Virus record (IMG/VR): IMGVR_UViG_2627853678_000006
Coordinates: 1-27,962 of that record
DNA from: a virus
Taxonomy: Duplodnaviria; Heunggongvirae; Uroviricota; Caudoviricetes
Reading direction: 5' to 3' (one strand)
Length of the DNA: 27,962 bases
The notes beneath the pieces were generated by a model. It saw only the letters and a program-made list of their open reading frames with translations, had not been told where the DNA came from and did not search any database. A program made the position numbers and the translations under genes. Shown piece after piece: positions 17,917 to 26,884 of this stretch; position 1 is the stretch's first letter, and each line of letters opens with the position of its first letter.

Positions 17917-18586
17917 ATGGCTTAAGTTAAACATACGGCTTGAGTTTGAAACAGCCGTTAGACGTCTTTCTCTTGATTCTTTTACAGAGGATAAAGGGAA
18001 AGGGTTCATTTTTGATAAAATACGCCATGATTTTGCAAATGGTCGCTTTGTCGAGCGTATTGTTTATCATGATAAAATATTAAGCTTTGACGGAAGCGAA
18101 ACTACCGTTGAAAGAATCGAATATCGCACCACAAATTTTAGCGTGGCTTTAGACTCTCTTCCTGTAATGCAGATTACTAACCCACCCAGAACTTTAAAGC
18201 CTTTTTCGCAGGCTTTGGTAAAAAATCTTGGCTTAGGTGTTAGTTTGGAAGAAATTGACATAAACCCTATAGACTGGCTTAATGAAATATCTTCAAGTGT
18301 AAATATCAATTTAACACAACTTGATATTTCAAGGGTTAGAGTTTCTGATTACGCCACAGCTAAAATGCAAATAATTGGCAGCAATGATCTTAGGAAGTAT
18401 TATAAAGAAGAATTAGAGGGTAAAAAAATAAGAATTGACAGGCTTGTTTGCTCTGTTAATTCATTAGAATATTCCGGTAAGCTCAAGATCACCAATAGCG
18501 GCCTTGCTTATATTGATGTTAGAAATGAGAATGAGTTTACGAAAATCGTTTTTGATACGTTAAAAAAAGTCACCCTTCAATCATAG
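17903..18586 (+). CDS. Hypothetical protein, third gene of three-gene operon
   Basis: 227-aa ORF overlapping the previous gene by 14 nt; followed by a strong hairpin. Confidence 0.75.
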   Translation: MKKVKWLKLNIRLEFETAVRRLSLDSFTEDKGKGFIFDKIRHDFANGRFVERIVYHDKILSFDGSETTVERIEYRTTNFSVALDSLPVMQITNPPRTLKPFSQALVKNLGLGVSLEEIDINPIDWLNEISSSVNINLTQLDISRVRVSDYATAKMQIIGSNDLRKYYKEELEGKKIRIDRLVCSVNSLEYSGKLKITNSGLAYIDVRNENEFTKIVFDTLKKVTLQS

Positions 18587-18642
18587 ATGGCTTATAAGGA
18601 GTTACTTCACCTAACGCCTCGCCTTACTCGTTGTTCAACCTC

Positions 18643-18673
18643 GTAGGCGTCAGAATCAAGTTCTGACGCCTAC
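18643..18673 (+). terminator. Stem-loop terminator after the three-gene operon
   Basis: Perfect 13-bp inverted repeat gtaggcgtcagaa / ttctgacgcctac with 5-nt loop, followed by aatgtttctt. Lies between the convergent ends of the operon and the DinI-like gene. Confidence 0.55.
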
Positions 18674-18681
18674 AATGTTTC

Positions 18682-18915
18682 TTAATGCAGCCAGCTATCG
18701 TCCTCCCACACCTTCTGCATAATTTTCATCACTTGTTTTCTTTCTTCGTCCAGTTGCAGTCCGGTCAGTTCCACACCGTTAGAGCTACCTTTGCGGATAC
18801 GAATTACCGTTTTGGGATACAGGGGGCGCAGATTGCGGTAAAGCTCGGATTCAAGGGCGTCCAGGGTAGACTGGCTAATTTTCTGCTCTTTATCGATCAT
18901 TATTTCAATGCGCAT
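18682..18915 (-). CDS. DinI-family protein
   Basis: Start MRIEIMIDKEQ... at ATG 18913-18915 with GAGGTGA Shine-Dalgarno; about 77 aa. Resembles E. coli DinI (MRIEVTIAK...) in length and sequence. Confidence 0.7.
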   Translation of the reverse strand: MRIEIMIDKEQKISQSTLDALESELYRNLRPLYPKTVIRIRKGSSNGVELTGLQLDEERKQVMKIMQKVWEDDSWLH

Positions 18916-18925
18916 AAAAGTCACC

Positions 18926-19114
18926 TCAGCTGATGACATCCATTGAGCGGTTGTATTCGTGGCTTCTGATTTTTGCCATGAGTTCATCAGTCAATTCAGA
19001 AACCCACTGCAGAGCCAGCCCCTTCTCTTCATCACTACACTCACTAGCCGCTACAAGCTTAAGAAAAAAATCAATGCGCTGGAGCTTCAAAGACTCCAAA
19101 AAATAGTCCTGCAT
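18926..19114 (-). CDS. Small hypothetical protein, first gene of SOS-regulated pair; possibly a Tum-like antirepressor module
   Basis: 62-aa ORF from ATG 19112-19114 with AGGAGG Shine-Dalgarno. Its stop overlaps the Shine-Dalgarno of the DinI-like gene. LexA box lies just upstream. Confidence 0.5.
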   Translation of the reverse strand: MQDYFLESLKLQRIDFFLKLVAASECSDEEKGLALQWVSELTDELMAKIRSHEYNRSMDVIS

Positions 19115-19157
19115 TTTTCCTCCTATGACACCACAAGCAATACTGTACACATAACCA

Positions 19158-19173
19158 CTGTTTATATTTACAG
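19158..19173. promoter_or_regulatory. LexA (SOS) box overlapping the promoter of the small-ORF/DinI-like operon
   Basis: CTGTTTATATTTACAG read directly; fits CTGT-N8-ACAG with an AT-rich spacer. About 45-60 bp upstream of the 19114 start, overlapping candidate TTTACA / TATACT elements on the minus strand. Confidence 0.6.
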
Positions 19174-19267
19174 TATATAATAATCTTACTGATGTAAAAC
19201 GTTTTTTTACGTTCATCAGCCTGATATGCCTGGTATTATTAAGAGCACGAATTGTTAACCCGCGTAA

Positions 19268-21682
19268 TTAATACAGATCCCGCCACTTATCATCTTCCTG
19301 CAAACGCTGGTTCCGATAGAAGATACGCAGGCCTGCTCCTGACGGAATACTGCCGCCGCGAAGGAGTAAATCGACCTCTTTCTCGCTGCCATCAAATCCT
19401 CTGGACTTCAGTTCATAGACGAGCTGCTGTCGTTGATGGTCTGTAATTCGCTGTTTGTAGTCTCTACGCCGTTTCGGTTTCACCAGGCGTAACCTTGCAG
19501 CCAGTTCCCGGCGTTCTTTTTTGTTCATACTGTGCAGGTAATCGTGCAACTCCTTGTCATCCATACGGGTGATATCCGTTCTGGTATCCCCATCAGCTGA
19601 TTTGTCTTTCCCTTGTTGGTACAAATTTTCAGCAAGGGGACAGTTATTGCCACGAGTCCAAGGGGCGCAAGCGCCCTGGTCGGCTGCCGCCTCCTGAACG
19701 TCAACGGCCTTACGAACCATTTTCCATTTCATTGCATGAGTGCAGATCTTGCCCTGTACAATGGGTGACCAGATGCCATAAATACGAATACCGTGATCGC
19801 CATAAGCGGTCGGCTCTTCGTTAATTTCATAAGCTGTTCTGATAAGGTGATATTTGCGGGGAACCAGTACGCCGCCCTGCTTCATGATGTAGGTGGCAAA
19901 ACAGCCAGCATCAGCGGCAGCCAGGATGGCATCAAGGCGCGGGTTATCCAGTACCGGCGCACCTGCTTTTTTGTCACCCTGTTGCCTTGCCGCCTGACCA
20001 GCCAGCAATCGCAGTTCACGGTAAGCCTGACGCCCCGGAATGCCAAAGAAGCGGAATTGCTGAACACGATGCAGAGACGCCCAGGCATTAACGTATTCAG
20101 CGTTATCACGCAGAGATTTACCCGTTTCCTTGCTGATCTCGCCAGCCAGACCACGCCCGTCAATGTTCTTACTGATGTATTTCGCGATGTAGCTAGTCGG
20201 CGTTCCTTTGCGCGGGTTTATCAGCTCAGACTTAAAGCGTGGCCCCGTGTTATTACCCAGCTCCTCGCGGTCTTCACGGATAGCAAACTTACGCAACAAT
20301 GCAGTAATGGCGCGGCGGTCTTTTTTGCGCATGAAACACAACAGGTGCCAGTGAACTGTGCCGTCATGATGCGGCTCAGCCACCCGCACGCCATACCAGC
20401 GCAACCCGGCTTTGTGCATCGCCTTACGAAATGCAGCAAACATGCCGACCAGATAATCACTGCTTTGTCTTACCGTCGCATTTGTCCAGGTCGGGTTGGG
20501 CCTGCCGTTATTTAGCGTGGAATGGAAACGTGACGGACAGGTGATGGTGTAGAAAACGGCGCAGTCACCGCGCATTTCCGCGATAAGCTCCAGACCTTTA
20601 ACACAGGCCATCATCTCATTGCGGCGATGCGCAGGGTTGCTGCTGCTGGCGTTTACCACATCCTCCATGTCCAGCGTGTCGCCGTCTTCGTTCACCAGTT
20701 CATGAGAACGGAAAAACTCCAGCGACTTACGGCGCTGCTCACGTTTATGCATCACGGCTTCATAGCTGACATAGGGAGATGCTTTTTTGCTGACCAGGCA
20801 AACAGCACGCAACTGCTCTTCCCGCCATTCGCAACGCATCTTCCACAATTTCCGATACCACCAGTCGGCGCACAGCATACGCGCCAGCGACCCCGGAATG
20901 AGTTCATAGGGCACGGGTTTACGGCGGTTTCTTTTCCGGCGGAGTTGCTCAAACGCAGGCGGTATGACATCCAGTCGCAGGGTTTCCGCCGCCACCTTTT
21001 CCCATGTCTTGCGGATTTCTTCTGGCTTAACGTCATCGGTGGCATACAAATCGCCACAAGCGGCATCAAGGCACATGCTCATATGCGCAGCTACCAGGGT
21101 GGACAGGCGTTTCACCTGATCCTGACTCATTTCAGGCAGGATCAGCAGACCGTCCAGCCCTTCATGGCTTGCCATAAAGCGAAAAGAAGTGGATAGCTGA
21201 CTGTCGCGTACATGCTCCAGTCGTTCCAGACATGGCTTAATCGTCTCACGCAAATAGCGGGAATAAGCCTTTGGCCTGCCCAGGCTGCTGAAGTATTCAA
21301 TACGTTGCATCAGCGGCTTGCTGATATGGGAAGGCTGGGCGTTGACGTCCGCCAGAATGACCATATCCGGATTAAAACGCTGCTGCTCATGCGCCAGCTT
21401 TGCCCAACTAATGAGCTTATCCTGTTCCATTTCGCGCTGGACAGGATCACGGGATTCATTAAAGAAATAACGCTCCCAGACCTGATCACTCAGCGCCTCA
21501 CGGCGCAGCTGTTCCTGCTCGTTATCGGCAGCGTACAGAGTGATCAGGTTTGAAAGCGCAGAAACCGGCGCAACTTCCGCCGGGTCCAGATAAGGGTTAA
21601 TGGCCTTTTTCGGGCTGTTCCATGAGAATGCTGCGGCGACCTCGTTAAAGCCGCTGCAGTTGTTCATATCAGCATGGCTCAT
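19268..21682 (-). CDS. A: Replication initiation protein A (rolling-circle replication endonuclease)
   Basis: 804-aa ORF (P2 gpA about 761 aa), last gene of the early operon. Confidence 0.85.
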   Translation of the reverse strand: MSHADMNNCSGFNEVAAAFSWNSPKKAINPYLDPAEVAPVSALSNLITLYAADNEQEQLRREALSDQVWERYFFNESRDPVQREMEQDKLISWAKLAHEQQRFNPDMVILADVNAQPSHISKPLMQRIEYFSSLGRPKAYSRYLRETIKPCLERLEHVRDSQLSTSFRFMASHEGLDGLLILPEMSQDQVKRLSTLVAAHMSMCLDAACGDLYATDDVKPEEIRKTWEKVAAETLRLDVIPPAFEQLRRKRNRRKPVPYELIPGSLARMLCADWWYRKLWKMRCEWREEQLRAVCLVSKKASPYVSYEAVMHKREQRRKSLEFFRSHELVNEDGDTLDMEDVVNASSSNPAHRRNEMMACVKGLELIAEMRGDCAVFYTITCPSRFHSTLNNGRPNPTWTNATVRQSSDYLVGMFAAFRKAMHKAGLRWYGVRVAEPHHDGTVHWHLLCFMRKKDRRAITALLRKFAIREDREELGNNTGPRFKSELINPRKGTPTSYIAKYISKNIDGRGLAGEISKETGKSLRDNAEYVNAWASLHRVQQFRFFGIPGRQAYRELRLLAGQAARQQGDKKAGAPVLDNPRLDAILAAADAGCFATYIMKQGGVLVPRKYHLIRTAYEINEEPTAYGDHGIRIYGIWSPIVQGKICTHAMKWKMVRKAVDVQEAAADQGACAPWTRGNNCPLAENLYQQGKDKSADGDTRTDITRMDDKELHDYLHSMNKKERRELAARLRLVKPKRRRDYKQRITDHQRQQLVYELKSRGFDGSEKEVDLLLRGGSIPSGAGLRIFYRNQRLQEDDKWRDLY

Positions 21683-22536
21683 GCACGCACTCCGTACACG
21701 GCAGAACTATCCACGCCACGCAAAGGATCAAATCCCACCCAGCAGCGCGGCCCGGAAACAGCGATGATTTCTGTTGCAGATTTACTCTCACCAGCTGCCA
21801 CACCGATGCTGCGTTTTGCCTTGATGTAGTGGTGAGTAAAATTGCGATACAGCGAACGGATCAGGGATGTGTCACTGTTAGAAACAATGACCGGATGTCC
21901 TTCTGATGACCGATGTTCAAGAACGGATGCCAGGTGATACTGGTCATCTTCAGTGAAACCATCAGTGTGATAGCCGGAAAACGTACCGTCATACGGCGGA
22001 TCGCAATACACCACATCCCCCACCTGCAGCATCGCCAGCGTTTCATCAAAGCTTGCACAGATAAACGTTGCCCGCTGGGCTTTCTCTGCAAATGCGCGAA
22101 TTTCTTTTTCAGGGAAATACGGATTTTTATAATTACCGTACGGAATGTTGAAATGCCCGCTCTTGTTATAGCGACATAAACCACGGTAACCGTGACGATT
22201 GAGATACAGGAAATATACCGCTTTCATGAAATCAGTAATTTCAGTTGAGTAATTAAACTCCTGCCTTATGTTGTAATAAGCCACCTCCCTGTTTGCTTCC
22301 TTAAATAAAACTCTGGCGCGAGATATAAACGATTCACAATCAGCGGCAACCTTTTTATAGAGGTTGATTAAATCAGGATTAATATCCGCAACCAGATAGC
22401 TTGGATAATCCGTCGCCATCATCACAGCACAGGAACCCGCGAAAGGTTCAACCAGTCGCGGGCCAGCAGGAAGGTGTTTTTTCAGTTCGGACATAATTGC
22501 GGTTTTATTTCCCGCCCATTTCAGGATGGTGCTCAT
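21679..22536 (-). CDS. dam: DNA adenine methyltransferase (Dam-like)
   Basis: Start [11 protein letters not shown] at ATG 22534-22536. Motifs [24 protein letters not shown] and DPPY closely parallel E. coli Dam as I recall it. Confidence 0.8.
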   Translation of the reverse strand: MSTILKWAGNKTAIMSELKKHLPAGPRLVEPFAGSCAVMMATDYPSYLVADINPDLINLYKKVAADCESFISRARVLFKEANREVAYYNIRQEFNYSTEITDFMKAVYFLYLNRHGYRGLCRYNKSGHFNIPYGNYKNPYFPEKEIRAFAEKAQRATFICASFDETLAMLQVGDVVYCDPPYDGTFSGYHTDGFTEDDQYHLASVLEHRSSEGHPVIVSNSDTSLIRSLYRNFTHHYIKAKRSIGVAAGESKSATEIIAVSGPRCWVGFDPLRGVDSSAVYGVRA

Positions 22537-22760
22537 ACAGCACCTCCGTTGTAATGTTTGCCTTTCAGCTCTGCGATTTCCTGACAGGTAATGCAAAGCT
22601 GCACACCTGGAATGGCGCGGCGGCGTGCTGGCGGAATTGGCGCTTCACACTCAATGCAAAGCACGCGGGACACGCCCGGCATTTTGGCACGGGCAGCACG
22701 GATATGGCGCTGGCGTTCTTCTTCAACGCGCTGCTGTACGAGATCCATTGCATCAGCCAT
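22533..22760 (-). CDS. TraR/DksA-family C4 zinc-finger protein
   Basis: 75 aa with CIECEAPIP...CITCQE (four-Cys finger); typical small gene upstream of A in P2-like early operons. Confidence 0.65.
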   Translation of the reverse strand: MADAMDLVQQRVEEERQRHIRAARAKMPGVSRVLCIECEAPIPPARRRAIPGVQLCITCQEIAELKGKHYNGGAV

Positions 22761-22999
22761 TAGTGGATCTCCTGCGCTTCGTTCTGGATTGCTTCAGCAG
22801 TTACACGCAGTAGTTCTGCTGCTTCGACGTGGTTTAGCTGGCGGGATGTGATATGACACGCCAGGCTATCAAGGCGAGCTGCCATTGCTTCAGCCCTTGC
22901 CCGGCGTTCTTCCAGACGAGCCTCTGTCAGTAAAATATTAAGCCCTGCATCATCCGGTCCGGTTTTAGTCGTGAGGGTTTCAATATTACGCATAATCAA
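22760..22999 (-). CDS. Hypothetical early protein
   Basis: 79-aa ORF in the early operon with coupled stop/start; no recognised motif. Confidence 0.5.
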   Translation of the reverse strand: MIMRNIETLTTKTGPDDAGLNILLTEARLEERRARAEAMAARLDSLACHITSRQLNHVEAAELLRVTAEAIQNEAQEIH

Positions 23000-23060
23000 T
23001 TCTCCTGAATTTAGATAAAGGGATGCCCGGCGGGTTTACGCCATTAATTTCATTAGTTGG

Positions 23061-23402
23061 TTAATTCGGCATGGTTAGCCGTCTGGGAAATAAGCTCACC
23101 ACTGCACGAAAATGATTCATTGCTTTAATCAACTCCCGCTTTTCGTCAGTGGTCAGCTCATTAATGCTGATGCTATGACGTTCAGCTGGAATTTTTGCCA
23201 TAAAGAATATGGCAGCCAGTGCTCGTTTATTTTGTTCATTATTGATATCCCGTGGATCACGCATATCTTTAATAAACCGCTCAAGCTCTGACTCAATATT
23301 CAGGCCAAATACTTTCGCCCTTAACTCCGCAATGTGATTAAGTCCATTCAGGCGTTCACCGGGGCTTAATGGAACAGTCGCCGCAGCGCCATTAATTGCC
23401 AT
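23061..23402 (-). CDS. Hypothetical early protein
   Basis: 113-aa ORF in the early operon; no recognised motif. Confidence 0.5.
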   Translation of the reverse strand: MAINGAAATVPLSPGERLNGLNHIAELRAKVFGLNIESELERFIKDMRDPRDINNEQNKRALAAIFFMAKIPAERHSISINELTTDEKRELIKAMNHFRAVVSLFPRRLTMPN

Positions 23403-23424
23403 AATTCATATCCCCAAAACGCAA

Positions 23425-23649
23425 CTATCGTTCTTTGTTCTTACGGTAACGCTCAAGGGGAGATACATTTTTTCGTACCGTCTCTTTAACCTGCTCTCCC
23501 CGTAAAAACGTCCCATCCTTTAGCGTGAAAAAGTAACTGCCATCGCCCGACAACGACGGATAACAACAGAGCAAATCATCTTCAGGTACTGAATAACTCT
23601 CCCCTCTGTAACGAAACTGATAAACCACTTCACTTTCCGCTGCATACAT
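23425..23649 (-). CDS. Hypothetical small protein overlapping the 3' end of the CII-like ORF
   Basis: 74-aa ORF with GGAG Shine-Dalgarno 9 nt upstream of ATG 23649; overlaps the CII-like ORF by about 130 nt. Confidence 0.3.
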   Translation of the reverse strand: MYAAESEVVYQFRYRGESYSVPEDDLLCCYPSLSGDGSYFFTLKDGTFLRGEQVKETVRKNVSPLERYRKNKER

Positions 23650-24332
23650 TTTGACTTTCTCCGTTTCCTCGTGGTCAATTCAGACAGCAATTCATCTTGT
23701 GAATGACATGGATGCCAGCGTTTACCATCCTCACCCATGATCCAGCCGTGACCGTAGTGCATTGCCGGGCTTTGTTTTACCAGCAGCGATGCAAATGATG
23801 GTTCTTTCGTCAGCATAAGCACCTCACAGCAAACCGAATGAAGCACCGAGCCAGTCACGGTATCAACTGCACTCGCCATCGCAGGATTAGCCTGTAAACG
23901 GGCCTGCAATGAAACAGCCGCCAGCGCCATCAGTCGTGTTACAGAATTAATGCTGCTGATCGCATCGCGACGGCCTGCACTGGTTTTTACATCGCCAGAA
24001 ACCGCACCTGCAGCAACACGCCCGATCTCTGCGGTTGCACTCATGACGTAATGTGGCAGTCTCTCTTTTGCCACCTCATTTACCGGTATACATGGCAGGC
24101 AGTGAATCTGAGCCAGAAATCCATCAACCAGTGTTGGGTCTTCAGTGAGATCGGTTAACTGCCAGATATCTGACGCAGTAAGTTGGTGTGGTTGTTCCGG
24201 GTTGAGCTTGTTACGCAAGGTTTGAACGTTCATACCTGCGCGCTCTGCCAGCTTCGCCATGTTGTGTCGTAGGGCGAAGGCCCGGCAGGCTTCATTGAAA
24301 TGGGGATGTTTTGAAATGCGATAGTCAAACAT
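23520..24332 (-). CDS. cII: CII-like transcriptional regulator (186 CII family); C-terminal about 60 aa questionable
   Basis: N-terminal region (MFDYRISKHPHFNEACRAFALRHNMAKLAERAGMNVQTLRNKLNP...) resembles 186-type CII with HTH. At 270 aa the ORF is longer than I expect for this family and its tail is Cys/Arg-rich. Confidence 0.55.
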   Translation of the reverse strand: MFDYRISKHPHFNEACRAFALRHNMAKLAERAGMNVQTLRNKLNPEQPHQLTASDIWQLTDLTEDPTLVDGFLAQIHCLPCIPVNEVAKERLPHYVMSATAEIGRVAAGAVSGDVKTSAGRRDAISSINSVTRLMALAAVSLQARLQANPAMASAVDTVTGSVLHSVCCEVLMLTKEPSFASLLVKQSPAMHYGHGWIMGEDGKRWHPCHSQDELLSELTTRKRRKSKCMQRKVKWFISFVTEGRVIQYLKMICSVVIRRCRAMAVTFSR

Positions 24333-24364
24333 AGTCAGTTGCTCCGTGAAGTCTCAAAATGGAA

Positions 24365-24586
24365 CTAGTTGATAGTCACGTTGCAATCAGAGAGGGCATC
24401 GATCGTCATCGCAGCAATGTTAATCATCACTTTTTCACGCTTTTTATCCTTACGTAGGCGATGACGAGGCAAACGCCCATCTGCAAGCATGTCGTTAATT
24501 GTGTCGATAGATAAGCCAGTGAGTTCACTATATCTTTCTATAGTAACGTGGGGGGTGATGAGAGTGATTGAAATGTTAGGTCTCAT
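24365..24586 (-). CDS. apl: Apl/Cox-like excisionase-repressor (HTH)
   Basis: Start MRPNISITLITPHVTIERYSELTGLSIDT at ATG 24584-24586; divergent from cI, the 186 switch arrangement. Confidence 0.65.
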   Translation of the reverse strand: MRPNISITLITPHVTIERYSELTGLSIDTINDMLADGRLPRHRLRKDKKREKVMINIAAMTIDALSDCNVTIN

Positions 24587-24658
24587 GATGCAACATTCCT
24601 CTTTTAGCAATGATTAATCAGGATGAATACTGATCGTTTGTATTATGTGAACACTGCA

Positions 24659-24687
24659 AACATACGATCACATCATGAAATCGTCAA
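24659..24687 (-). promoter_or_regulatory. Candidate lytic promoter (pR-like) for the apl-cII operon
   Basis: On the minus strand TTGACG (24682-24687), 17-bp spacer, TATGTT (24659-24664). Reads leftward toward apl from a position close to the cI start, consistent with face-to-face 186-type switch promoters. Confidence 0.35.
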
Positions 24688-24705
24688 GGTAAAAGTTCAC
24701 TTGGA

Positions 24706-25275
24706 GTGACCATGAATTTGGAAAAAGGCGGTCGTGGGGCCATAGAGCGCATGGTTGAAGCCTATGGTTTCAAGACAAGACAAGCTTTGTGTGATCATTT
24801 GGGCATTTCTAAAAGCACCTTAGCCACGCGCTATATGCGTGATTCATTCCCGGCAGAATGGGTAATCCAATGTGCACTTGAAACCGGCACGTCGCTAGAG
24901 TGGCTAACTACTGGGCAAGGTTCAAAAGAAAGTTCACAAAAAGAAAACACAAAAGAGATCGAAAGGAAGATTTTATCAAGCGGAAAACTACTTCCTGATG
25001 GTTACTACATTTTCGACAACAACTTTTTGCCTGAAAAACTAAAAAAACCTTTTGTTGTGATCGATGGCGCATCAGAGTTTATCTGTGATTCGGATTATGA
25101 GGATGTACGTGATGGTAAGTGGATCGTTGATATTGATGGCGAGGTTGCTATCAGGAATCTGACAAGACTGCCGGGACGTCGTCTAAATGTCGATGGTGGC
25201 AGCAGTTCCTTTGAATGCAAAATAGATGAAATTGATATCATAGGAAAAATTAGAAGCGCGATCGTCAATTATTAA
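24706..25275 (+). CDS. cI: CI immunity repressor (186-type)
   Basis: 189-aa ORF (186 CI about 192 aa) with N-terminal HTH-like region (...[43 protein letters not shown]); divergent from apl and upstream of int. Confidence 0.75.
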   Translation: MTMNLEKGGRGAIERMVEAYGFKTRQALCDHLGISKSTLATRYMRDSFPAEWVIQCALETGTSLEWLTTGQGSKESSQKENTKEIERKILSSGKLLPDGYYIFDNNFLPEKLKKPFVVIDGASEFICDSDYEDVRDGKWIVDIDGEVAIRNLTRLPGRRLNVDGGSSSFECKIDEIDIIGKIRSAIVNY

Positions 25276-25298
25276 AATTAATGTATAAGGAAATAAAT

Positions 25299-25484
25299 AT
25301 GTTTTATAAATCTATACATATCCTACTTATTTGTTTATTTATTACTTTACCTATTACAAGTTTTGCAAAAAATTATCCATGTTCTGGTAAGAAAGGGGGA
25401 GTTTCACATTGTACATCTGATGGGAAGTTCGTTTGCAATGATGGAACGCAAAGCAAGTCAAAGAAAATATGTTCTAAAAACTAA
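25299..25484 (+). CDS. Small secreted Cys-rich peptide (hypothetical)
   Basis: Preferred start ATG 25299 with AAGGAA Shine-Dalgarno. Signal peptide [23 protein letters not shown], then a 38-aa Lys-rich mature part with four Cys. AT-rich. Confidence 0.5.
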   Translation: MFYKSIHILLICLFITLPITSFAKNYPCSGKKGGVSHCTSDGKFVCNDGTQSKSKKICSKN

Positions 25485-25486
25485 GG

Positions 25487-26827
25487 TTGCTTCATATGAA
25501 TAATGATATGACTTTTGAAAACAGAGATGAGTATAATAGAAAAATCATTGCTGAAAAAATAATAAGCTTACTCGAGTCCCCCTTAAAAATATCCCCTATT
25601 GTTATCGATGGGGACTGGGGTACCGGTAAAACCGAATTTTCAAAAAAATTAGCGGCATTGATTGAAAAAAATGAATCTGGGCATAAAGTAGTATATATTG
25701 ATGCATTTACTGAAGATCATAATGATGCTCCCATACTTACTATAATGGCTGCAATAGTTGCATTATATCCAGAGAGTGAAAAGAAGGAATTAATATCAAA
25801 GGCATTACCAGCATTGAGATTTGGACTTAAAACTGTACTCAAAGCTGGCGCTGGGTGGATTTTAAAACAAAATGCAGATGATATTGCGGATGAATTCGAA
25901 GATGCTATTAAAGATGCGGCTAACTCAGCTATAGATGGTACTGTAGAAGCACTGCTTGATGATCATATTGAAGCAAAGAAACATTTGCTTGCTCTCAAGG
26001 AAGTACTTGCTGAACTAACTAGCGAAAATAAAATAACAATTATCATTGACGAACTTGACCGTTGTAAACCAAGCTTTGCCATCTCTATCATCGAAAATAT
26101 AAAACATGTTTTTGACACTGAAAATCTTAACTTCTTGTTAGTTGCTAACATCTCACAATTGAAAGCATCAATAAATCATATTTACGGTGCAGGTGTTGAC
26201 TCAGAAAGATATCTTGATAAATTTATAAAATTCACTTACAGCCTGCCAGTGACTTTCACTGAAAACAATTACGATAAAATTTTGGCTTCGAACTCTCATT
26301 TTAGAATGCTATGTAACGAGTCTGAAAGACTAAAAGAAATTGGAGAAAGTAGTATTCATATAGTTCAAAAATTTATCGAACTAAAAGGCTTGTCGCTACG
26401 GGAAGTTGAAACCTTATCAAGATATCTAGAAATTTATCAAATTTTATCTCAAAATGAAATCAGCAATAAATTTATACCAGGCTATTGCTGTTATCGAACC
26501 CTTGCAGTAATTCTTTATTCGTTTGGTCGTGAACTGGCCCTTAACTACGTAGAAGATAAAATAGATGCACAATTAATAATTAATTTCTTCGGTGTTAATA
26601 GACTCCCATATCAGACAGATCAATATAACATCAACATCTACTATTATGCATTATTTGGTATAACTTATAAATATATGCCAGAAGGTTCTCCTTTACTTCC
26701 TTCTGAAAACGATGAAAAAAACAGATGGGCTGAAATAAGTGATTATCATATTTTAAAAGGAAATGCAGGTGTAGAAGACCCTGTTAGAATATTCAAAAAC
26801 ACCTTAAAAGTTTTCTTGCTCCAATGA
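25487..26827 (+). CDS. KAP-family P-loop NTPase
   Basis: 446-aa AT-rich ORF. Walker A in KAP form (IVIDGDWGTGKTEFSKKLA) and Walker B IIIDELDRCKP, the DELDRC hallmark of KAP NTPases. Starts 2 nt after the small peptide gene. Confidence 0.7.
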   Translation: MLHMNNDMTFENRDEYNRKIIAEKIISLLESPLKISPIVIDGDWGTGKTEFSKKLAALIEKNESGHKVVYIDAFTEDHNDAPILTIMAAIVALYPESEKKELISKALPALRFGLKTVLKAGAGWILKQNADDIADEFEDAIKDAANSAIDGTVEALLDDHIEAKKHLLALKEVLAELTSENKITIIIDELDRCKPSFAISIIENIKHVFDTENLNFLLVANISQLKASINHIYGAGVDSERYLDKFIKFTYSLPVTFTENNYDKILASNSHFRMLCNESERLKEIGESSIHIVQKFIELKGLSLREVETLSRYLEIYQILSQNEISNKFIPGYCCYRTLAVILYSFGRELALNYVEDKIDAQLIINFFGVNRLPYQTDQYNINIYYYALFGITYKYMPEGSPLLPSENDEKNRWAEISDYHILKGNAGVEDPVRIFKNTLKVFLLQ

Positions 26828-26860
26828 AATGTTTGATTGAAGATCTTTAAACATTGACCA

Positions 26861-26876
26861 CTGTTCAAACATACAG
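26861..26876. promoter_or_regulatory. LexA-like box (CTGT-N8-ACAG) upstream of int; may be chance
   Basis: CTGTTCAAACATACAG read directly. Spacer is less AT-rich than consensus, and about 0.4 chance matches to the bare pattern are expected in 28 kb. Confidence 0.25.
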
Positions 26877-26884
26877 TTAAATTT

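Noticed and set aside
18916-18987. Possible frameshifted single Tum-like gene fusing the 62-aa ORF and the DinI-like ORF
   Set aside because: The frame relationship would need an insertion, unlike the five deletions elsewhere, and the DinI-like gene has its own Shine-Dalgarno and ATG in a classic coupled arrangement; two genes is the simpler reading.
19793-21196. Plus-strand ORFs 19793..20515 and 20627..21196
   Set aside because: Both antisense to replication gene A, which is intact and conserved across the whole interval.
26861-26876. Second LexA box as proof of SOS-regulated integrase
   Set aside because: The spacer is not AT-rich like consensus and a bare CTGT-N8-ACAG match is expected by chance at this sequence length; kept only as a low-confidence feature.
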